DNA of 64,000 bases from Utricularia gibba (lineage: Eukaryota; Plantae; Magnoliophyta), in the NCBI GenBank assembly GCA_002189035.1, contig NEEC01000026.1, forward strand, positions 1-64,000. The letters are read 5' to 3'. The translations under genes were made by a program, and so were the position numbers. Below, in pieces: positions 51,917-61,593 of the stretch. The notes beneath the pieces were generated by a model. The model was not told the DNA's origin, did not search any database, and saw only the letters and a program-made list of their open reading frames with translations. Numbering within the stretch: position 1 is the first letter of the stretch; each line of letters opens with the position of its first letter.

Positions 51917-53910
51917 TAAGGGTTTATATATTTGGTATACAAACAATCGAGATTAAACATACCTAGAGTGTGAAACTTAAGGGACTAATTATGCTTGATA
52001 TCTTAAATTTGGAGGGCTAAATGTATGTGATATGCATAATTCTGTATATCAATTTTACCTAGAAGGACGAAACCCATAATTTTTTCCATTAAGTTAAATA
52101 GAATAGATTTTTTATGCAAATTATCTCATTCCAGCAATGAGTTTTAGCAATGTGTTAAGTTCTCTGTGGTAATTGTTTAGGGTTAATCATTGTAGACCAA
52201 AGTTGTCTTTCAAAAGGCATCAGTTCTAATTTGTAAAATTATTGTAGAAAAGAAGCATCATACGTCAAAAACTCTCGATGTAGAGCTCCAAAAAGGTCAC
52301 CCGGTACCACACTTGCTTTTGTGGACATAAGTGGTGTAGTCGAGATAGAGATTGACCAAAACCTAAAAGAATAGATGGAAGAAGAGCAACGAATAAATAT
52401 AATTCCCAAAACTTAAAAGAATAAAAAATTTCTTCGACATGTTTGCAAAAAGATTATCCTCCCAATCGTTAAGCCCTAGTTGACTGCCGCATCTTGCTAT
52501 TTAGTCTACTACTAAAGGTCGAGTGTGACTAGAAAAGACCCACAATATGGACTACGATGCTCTTCGAGTTGAGATTAGTTTTAGAATTGATCATAGGCTG
52601 ATAAATGCAAGAAACATCATTTTATTTTCTTCTTTCATTTCGATTTATTCATTTAGAAATCAAAGGATAGTTTAATTGAAGAAAGAGAATTTGATGTTTT
52701 ATATAATTTAAAATATCAAACTGTATAATATTTAGTTTTATCTTATAGCACAGCATAATTTTAAAAATACATAACGTAATAATAATGTCCAAATTAATAA
52801 AGAAGTGAAGTGAAATGAATGTGATTCTTTTTATTTCTATTAATATTTCATTAGATAGGTTGTTGTGCTTATTTTATTTTGGGCTTGTACATTTTGCCCA
52901 TAATGATATAAATAAAAATAAAATCCATGTAATTGAATATATAAGAAAAATGAGAAGAAATAGAAAGAAAAAAACATGTGCGGATTTACTAATTGGGGAT
53001 GGAGATGAATAGGGGCTGGTTCTCTTCTATTTGGATTTGCTAGCTTCTTTTTCAGGTTAATCCCTTGAGAAATTTTGAATAGTCACTGGTCAGAGAAGAA
53101 GTAAACTACAACTTGAGAAGATAATAATAAAAAAATAAGGGTTTGGTGCGTAGTAGAGCTAAGAAAACTTGAATTTTAATCGAGTTCAGTTGATGTTTTT
53201 CCCCTTATATTACTTTCCAATTGGTGTGTATGAGTGTCATTCTGATTTTGGCATAAGATGTAGAAATAAGAATTCCAAACTTGGGCAAATTGCAATTGTA
53301 TGGTTTTTGTACTATGTTGATTCAAGTATTAAATCATAGGAATACAAGATTAATATGAGGTACAAATATTATTTTTATTTAACCTTATGATATAATATAA
53401 AATAATTAGGTAAATGTATATGATCCATTATTATATGTTTTAGGTTTACCGAAATATTTTCTGTTCATGTGAACGAGATAGAGTTTTTGTGTTTAAAATA
53501 CAAAGAGTACATATAGGATGTAGTCTCGAAAACTTTTATTTTTCCGTTCCGCTGCCATTACTAAACATAAAATACACGACAATGGCTATATTTGAATCAG
53601 ACAAAGAAAAGATGACCGGAGCAAATTCAAGACCGCTTATGGAATAAAAAAAAAAATAGTAAGTAGGTGTGGCTGAGGGCGACGCCACCCACGGAACCGT
53701 TAATATTCTCCCACCAAAGCACGCCAGGCCACAAGGGATGACCACATAGACACCAGAATCCACTCATCACCCATCTGTGCGCGTAGAAATCGCAGCCAAT
53801 ATTCCAGTCTCCTCATTTCGGGTACCTTCAATCAGAAAAACAGTAGCATGCTTGTAGCCCTGAGCACAGAACCTTTGACAATGTTAACAATAAAGGCAAC
53901 GAGGACTACC

Positions 53911-56517
53911 TCAAGCGAAATTGAAGCCTCCGGATGGGGCAGCACCATCTGCACCACCAAAGTTGAAGCTAGATTGCTGGGCGTCACCAGATACCAGTTG
54001 TTCTTCATCTTCTTCCAGCCAATACGCCTCTAGAATCTTCACTGCCTTCTCATAAATTTCATTGTTGTCATGATTCTGAAGATTCTCAATCTTTTCCAGA
54101 CCCTCGGCCTCATCAATCATCCGAGCAAATACATTCTCTCCGGTGTTGCCTTGGTTCTTTTCAACCTCTCCAACCTTGAGGATGTTCTCAAGGCCTTCCA
54201 AACAAACTGTTACAATTCTAGGGTCAGGGCAGACAAGAAGATCACAAAGCGGCTTAATACATCCCTCAGCAACCAAAAACCTGAGATTAAAAGAAGGGTG
54301 AACCGAATCTTCAAACCATCTGATGATAAATAAGGCCATAGTCAACAGTAAAAAAAAAACGTTTAACTATACTTGATTTGGTCGTGAGTTCCACCAGAAG
54401 TGGCATTTGAAATAGCCCATGCAGCCTCCTTCTTTATCTCAAATTCAGAAACTTGAAGCAAATGAACAAGGGGGGATACTATGCCAGACTCAATGACAGC
54501 CTGCGCAAAAAAAAAAAAAAATTGATCTTCAAAATACTTTACAGAAAAGAGAGAAAAATGACCTCCGGTCTAAAAAAGAACAAAGATACGCCTTTTTACC
54601 CGAAAAGGCCATTTTCCGACTTATAACACACAACACTGGTAAATTTCAAGAAATTCAACACATAAAATTGTGCCAAACGGTACCTGAATCTGATCCCTAT
54701 TTCCAGCGGAGATATTTGAGATGGTCCAGCATGCCTCTTTTTTTATGTTTTTCTTGTAATTTTGAGTCAACAAGTTAAGCAAGCAAGGAAGAGCCCGGTT
54801 ATCAATAATAACCTGCGGGTGTTTTCAAGGACTCAGAAAGAATGTGAAAAAACATAACACATTTCCTTATTTTTTCAAAACAGAGGAAGAAATTGAAAGA
54901 ACCATGATTGAAAAAAAAATTTTTTTAACTTCAGCACACCAACCTAGGTTTACGAATTTTTAATTCAAAGTTGACCTTGCAGCTCGTACCTGAGTCTGGA
55001 CATCATCACCAGTTACAATGTTACCAACAGTTCGCAGGGCAGGAATAAGAACAGATGGCGAGGGGTGCCTAAGAAGACAATCAAAGAAGGGTCCACATAC
55101 ATATCTTGGATAGAAAAGTTAGGGGCTAAAAAGGGCTATAAATAAGCGCTTACAGTAAAAGTTCAACCAGGCGAGGGCATACGTTTGCTTCAATTACAGA
55201 TTGAATTTTATCATTAACACCATCTGACAAATATGAAAGGGTCCAGCATGCATCTGTCAGGACTTCATCATCGTTTGTATGTATGAGGTGCGCAAGAGTT
55301 GGGAGCGCTGATTTAACCTGTACATTTACTTTCCTCTGCATTATCCTGATAACTAAAAAATTTGATAGACAGAAAAACAGTTATATAAACAGACTACACA
55401 GCAAACCTGCTCAAACAGGGGTGGCGGCTTGCCACGACAAAAGTTAGAAAGTGTCCACGTTGCATTTCTCAGCATGGAAAGCTTTGATTGATCATTAAAT
55501 TGAGCTAGTAGAGGCACTAAAGCCCCATAACTAAGAACGAGGTCGCGGCATTTTGGTGAATCACCAGCAACATTTCCTAAAGCCCAAACAGCCTGCATGA
55601 ATGCCATCAGTCAAAATCAGCGCAATGCAAGTATCACATTGAAACCTCAAATGCTGTGTACCTGCTCGCGGACATCATCAATTGGAGAGCTTAGCAGCTT
55701 CACAAAGATCGGAACTGCACCGTGATCGATCACGACCTTAGTGTTATCCGAAGTTCCAGAGGCTATGTTTGTGAGGGCCCAAGCAGCCTCAAACTAGGAT
55801 ACCAGAGGAAAGGTATGAGGAATGCAATTTCCTAGAATAACTACAAAATAAGTAAATAAATCAGCCATAAAAGTCATAGGATTACCTGAATTTGTGGGTA
55901 ATCGTCCCTGGCCAGAAACTCAACAAAACGGGGAACAACTCCAGCGTGTATCACTTCCTCGATGGGGGGGTTACGCTCTGTAGATCACAAAACAGACGAA
56001 ACCTAGCATATGTGAATCCATCGAGTGACTTTCAAGGTAAAATGTTCAGCCACTCATAATTGTCTACCTATTGACAGGAGCTTCCGGAACCGAGTAGTCG
56101 CCTCAAGTTGAAGCGCAGCATCATTCGACCAAACACCCGCAACCATAGCTGGAAGGCTTTCTAACTGGGGAAAAAATGAGGGGCCAATAGAGCAGGCAAC
56201 TACTATGCCAGAATGAGAATGGTAAAGGAACGGATCATTTCAATCCAATGCGAGTAGATCCAAACACCGCGGATCAAATCAAAACAAGAAGAAGAAAACC
56301 CAATTACCTTCTTGTCATGCTGGGGAGCGTTGACTGCCGTAGGAAACTGCTGTGCCTGAAGCCCCTCGCGGCGCTTCTTTAGCAAATTCTCCTCTCTTCT
56401 GTTCTTTCGGATCTCCACCATATTGTCCTCCCTCCTCCGCCGGCCTTCTTCGGCGTCTACTGCAACCTTGTACCGGCTTCGCCGGACCTCCGTCTTCGCG
56501 CTCGGCCTCAACGACAT
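53911..56517 (-). CDS. IMPA: Importin subunit alpha (IBB + ARM repeats), 10 exons, 528 aa, intact
   Basis: Exons 56517-56308, 56164-56068, 55977-55886, 55793-55662, 55592-55407, 55317-55154, 55068-54990, 54812-54684, 54500-54373, 54280-53911. Total 1,587 nt, all introns GT-AG. IBB motif [21 protein letters not shown] WxxxN motifs [36 protein letters not shown]. Ends GGFNFA*. Paralog identity not determined. Confidence 0.97.
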
Positions 56518-57217
56518 TGCTCGTAAATCCGGGAGAAGAAGAGGCAAACAAAAAATAAAGGGGCTGATACGCAAATGCGCAGAAGACGCGGATACTGAAT
56601 CGGGGGATTCGGCGTCTGATCAAGCGCAGTCGGAAGGATTTTCAAGGTGCGAGTGCGGGAGCAGAGTGGCTGAAACACAGGGGGGATGCGGGTGCAGGCA
56701 CGGATGAAGACTAAAACGTGACGCCGCCGAACATATTACATAACCAAAGGGTTTCATCCCACTCACAGTTTGGCCATATTTTTGTCTTTATTTAGGCTTA
56801 CGGCAGGGCACGGTAGTCGAATAAGATTTTGGATTTAACGAACAACACTTTACACGTATGATCGACCACGGATTCAGTAGCCCAAACTCATATCCGACTG
56901 CATCTCACGTCCAAATTTCTGAAACAACTGCCTGTTGCATCGCGTGCATCGACGACCTTGTACGACTTCTACGCCACTCGCGATTAGGGAAAATGCGAGA
57001 GTTGGAAGAAATGAAGGGAGGGCCGTCCAGTCCTATTGCAATTCTCTCTAACGGGGTGGGTGCTGGTGCAAACGAAGAACCGTGACAGTGATCCCTCTAA
57101 CAAGATCATACCCTCCTCCTACACTTCCCGCATCATAGATAGGAGAGGACACACGCTGCCGACTCCAGCATAACAATACATCACGCATATTAGCGGTTCA
57201 TCGCCGGCACCGCTACG

Positions 57218-60200
57218 CTACACATTTCCATTTTGATAGCTGTGGAAGTATTGATCCAACCTTCCAAGCGCTGCCAGAATGAAACCTGCAGAATGAAGGG
57301 CAACCACTGACGTCATCTGGAACCACAAACTCCTTATTTAACAGCTACGTTACCTAAAAAGACAGGAGAGGGCTTTCCAGGACGAGACTTGAATTCGGGA
57401 TGAAATTGCACCCCCACATAAAACGGATGCTCAGTTAACTCCAGTATCTGCACTCGTAACCTCATCAAATGAAGATTTGTTTTCCTTAGAAAAAAACACA
57501 CAATGATCCGGACAGGATTAGGAAGGACCAAACCTCCATCCGATCACCACTTTCGTCCTTGCCTACAAACTTCAACCCATTCCTTTCAAGATCTTCTACC
57601 ATCTCTGGATTTACCTACAATTTTCAACTCAAATTTACTATGTTTCACTACATGATGATAACAGCAAATGTAAATGTGTACCTCATATCTGTGCCGATGT
57701 CGCTCATCAACATGATGTGAGTTATGGTATCTACAAGAAATTTACACACAGTAAACACAAGAGCATAATCTGGACGTAAAATGATTCAAGCAGTGAGCGC
57801 TTGAGTTCTTCCCAGACCCCGTAACAGGATACTTACAGCTTTGCTGTTAAACAATTTGAAGTTTGAAATAATGTTCTGCGACTGCCCAATCTCATTGTAC
57901 CACCTTTGTAGGCAACCGAGCCCTGAAGACAAAATGGTTCGATTCCATTATATGAAGTAACATTTCCAAAGTACAAACAACATGATGAGTTCGAACCTCA
58001 GGCATGAAAATAACAACAGGTTTTGGAGTTTGATCATCAAATTCGGTGCTGTTAGCCTCTTCCCATCCTAAAACCTGTCAAGTAAAAGGCAACCAACATA
58101 TTGAATAAATTGAAAAGGCATGACATATGGGTTTACACGATGTAGAGGCTTCTTACATTTCTAGAAAACTCAATTACAGATATCTGCATTCCTAAACATA
58201 TCCCCAGGTAAGGGACTTTGTTTTTCCTGGCGTAGTTGGCAGCTAAAATCATTCCCTTGATGCCACGATCTCCAAACCCACCGGGAACTAAGATACAGGC
58301 TGCACTCTGAAGAATGAATTTAAGATGAGCAACTTGCCAACGTATCATCTAAAAACCCGCATCAGAACAGGGTTCGCATATCATCTAAAAACCCACATCT
58401 TCATGAAAAAACCAAGGTGCATCCAGGCAATGTCATTGCAAACCATTACGCTGACCAATGACAACAAGCTTTACAGCAAAAGTAAGGCTATTACCCTTAG
58501 GCTTTCCCAAGCAGCAGCATACGTTTCTGGTGCCTACACACATCCAAAAAAATCATGAAGTGCATTCGTCACAAAATCCAGATATATTACTAAACATACG
58601 CACCAATGATGCAGTTTCATCTTCAAGATCTGATGCTGCAATCCAATCGATATTTGGTTTAACAGAGCATGCAATACACGCGTGCAAAAGAGCCTGCCAA
58701 TCAACATACAATCAATGTGGCAACCCACGGTTAACGTTTTTGACAGTAAATGAAAAGGGGAACTTCTCCACCTTCACCACAGATAAGTATGAGTCTTTCA
58801 TCCCAACATACTTCCCAACCATTGCAATTCTTACCTGCAAATCAAAATAAAATTGATCTTTTTGATCCAGCGAAAAAAGAAGATTTTAATAGTACAGGTT
58901 TGCAACTAACGGGATCAGTAAGATTGTCAAAGATCTCAGCCCTTTTAGTCCATTCACGCAAATCAGGTGGATTTGCGACCCTGCAACATGATAGAAGGCA
59001 AAACACTTGGAAAGGATATGGGATAATAAATTCCATAATTTCACTTCAGCTAGCACCCATATAAACATACAAGGAGAAAGCAATTTCATAATGATCTAAA
59101 TTGCAGTAAATGAGGAAAATACCAAGAAGAGTAGAACCACTTACCTCTTTAAATCAAGATGCTCGAAAATGGCATCATGTGCATGTTGATTCTAGTAAGC
59201 AGAACGGTATCATAAATGATGGCAGATGAATACTTGCACATCAAAAATATATAAAACTAACCCGAAGTAGAAGAGGAACATGCCAAATATTTGGAACATT
59301 GTATACATTGAGAATATTGGCAACCTGAGTGGACAAAAAAAGAATTAGCATAAAATAGCAGAACGGAAAACGCCATATTTCACAAGAACGACTGTCAATA
59401 AACAACTTACAGGGACATGGCAAAATTGAGACAATTTCTGCCTTGTACTTTCCAGTAATGGCTGAAAAAAAGAAGTTATGCAAGAACTATCGAAAATGAG
59501 AAAATAAGTCAGAACTGGAGGAAATGAAATTTTCCTAGCAAAACGTTGAAGTGAATTAAAAAGGAATTTCCTAAAGCTTGAATAGATGACCTGTTCTGAT
59601 CGGCAAGCCAGGAAATGAGGAGTCAATCCTAATGCTCTTAATTCTCTCACACTATGCTGAGTAGGTTTAGTTTTCTGGGTTGCACCAATGATCAAATTAA
59701 GTCTATGCATAAAAAAACACCAAATCAATCACATCATAAAAGAAGGTGAAGATGCTCACTTGCTCTCCATCCCCGAGAACTGGTATCAGACTCACGTGAA
59801 TCAGACAGAAATTATCTTCCCCTGCATCAAGAAAGAAGTGAAAAAGACATTGACGGAAAGAGAATAAAAAAAATTATATCACAATCCCATAAAATGAAGC
59901 AGCCTTACCAACAGAAAATGACAATTGCCGCAAAGCTTCAATGAACGGCATCGACTCAATGTCACCTGGATAAAAAAAATGTTGAAAATCGATCAGAAAT
60001 AATCCTCAAAATGAAAGACCTGCAATCCTAATTTTAATGGCACACAATTATTACCTACAGTTCCTCCCAATTCTATGACACACACATCTGCAGCACCCTC
60101 CTTTCCATCCACAGGAATAACAGATACTGACTCAATCCAATTTTTAATGGCATCCGTGATGTGAGGGATAACCTGAACTCATAAAAGGATTCAGTATTGA

Positions 60201-60951
60201 AATTGTTCGCAATGCTTGTTTCATGGCAAATGAAATAATTGAATATAGGGTGAGAAGACCTGCACAGTCCTTCCAAGATAGTCACCTCTCCTTTCCCTCT
60301 CAATCACAGACTGAAAAACAAGGGAATGGAAATGCATGTGAAGCAGAACCAGGCACAGGTTTTACACAATAGGTGCATGTTGAAAAAAAATACCTGGTAT
60401 ATCTTTCCGGTGGTGATGTTATTGTCTCTAGTTAGCCTCACATCCAAAAAGCGTTCATAATTTCCCAAATCAAGATCCACCTGTTGATGGTTGGAAAAAG
60501 GAGCAATATTGGTTTCCAGAAGTTAAAGACAAGAGAAAAAACCGTAGTCTTTGACTGCGACAAAGTTGACAGACCTCTCCACCATCATCAAGAACAAAAA
60601 CCTCCCCGTGCTCAAATGGAGACATAGTACCCGCATCCGTATTGAGGTAAGGATCTATACGAGCATAAAACCAAGCATTGCATCATAAAAGCACAAAAAA
60701 AAATGCACAGGATGATAAAAAAAAATTATAACTAACAAAAGGTTGATGAAGGCAAAAAGAATCTCTAAAGCACATGTCGGGAAAAAGCAGCAATGCTCTT
60801 TATCCTCGGGAAAGGAGAAAAATAGAGGCAAACCGATTTTGATGGAGGTGACACGAAGGCCACATGCTTTGAGGACGACGCCGATGCTGCTAGCGGTGAC
60901 GCCTTTGCCGAGGCCGCTGACGACTCCTCCAGTAACAAGAACGTATTTCAT
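57218..60951 (-). CDS. CTPS: CTP synthase, 22 exons, 561 aa, intact
   Basis: Exons 60951-60834, 60654-60575, 60480-60394, 60310-60260, 60172-60055, 59965-59909, 59821-59760, 59674-59591, 59461-59411, 59324-59262, 59191-59145, 58980-58911, 58834-58772, 58693-58604, 58533-58495, 58306-58157, 58074-57997, 57922-57837, 57730-57682, 57614-57534, 57447-57354, 57285-57218. Total 1,686 nt. Motifs [23 protein letters not shown], catalytic GICLG and FHPE. Confidence 0.97.
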
Positions 60952-61593
60952 TTCCTTTATGCGATTCAAGTGCTGGATTGAGGAACTGCAAAAGAAACGT
61001 GAGGTAGAAGCGGGAAGCCGAAGTATCTCAATTCTGTCGAGTGGCGGCGCACCGAAGTATGGTCTCACACTTGAACCGTGGCACCAAGGGATGATGATGC
61101 TACACTCTCTCTCCTTTGACGGCCGTCTTCTTTCAACGAGGGGTGTAGCCCGTAGCCCTTAGCCCGAAGCCCAGCCTATAGGCTCTTCGGAGTCCTTTTC
61201 CATGGAGCGGTATTAACGTCAATTCCCGCATGTAAATGTTAAGGTTGTGCGGCCCAACAAACACAGCTTTTGGCCGGCCCATAACCCAGTGACGTGCCGG
61301 CCCGCATTGTCATTTGATAATTTTGGCTCCCGCCACAGCATCCAAATTTCACTGGTGGAAAACGCGCTTCCCGACTTCCCCTCTTTAAGGTCAAGCCTCC
61401 CACTCGCTCCAAGCTTAGGAGAGACCGAAACTCGGACTTGCAGAATTCGTCATGAGAAGAAGCAATTAGGATTGTGAGTTGTTTTTCCTACAATTATTCC
61501 CCTGCAGTCGCCCCGCTATTGCCGTTTTCTTATATGACGATCCCTCAAAGACGTTTCTGTGGAAATGCAGTCACTGGTTGAGTTTCTGTGAAA
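60952..61593. promoter_or_regulatory. Divergent (bidirectional) promoter/5'UTR region shared by CTPS and the BRCT gene
   Basis: 642 bp between the two ATGs. Site II elements AGCCCA (61168) and GGCCCA (61251, 61276). AGCCC repeated four times at a 7-bp period (61147-61172). E2F-consensus ATTCCCGC (61222-61229). TGACGTG at ~61290. Confidence 0.75.
61383..61395. promoter_or_regulatory. Candidate SOG1-binding motif CTT(N7)AAG
   Basis: CTT-TAAGGTC-AAG matches the SOG1 consensus ~200 bp upstream of the BRCT ATG. The motif is short and chance matches are common. Confidence 0.4.

Noticed and set aside
51922-53500. Possible further transposon relics (AAGGGACTAA/GAGGGCTAAA motifs)
   Set aside because: No TIR pair, TSD or protein motif could be established.
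56315-57085. ORFs 56315-56623, 56352-56558, 56423-56707 and 56858-57085 as extra genes
   Set aside because: Alternate-frame or antisense shadows of GC-rich importin exon 1 and UTR sequence, with no recognisable domain.
60952-61068. 39-aa organellar transit-like extension of CTP synthase (SRFFCSSS)
   Set aside because: The track's start codon is GTG, not ATG, and a 39-codon open stretch in a GC-rich leader is unremarkable. The 19-aa importin extension likewise starts at TTG.
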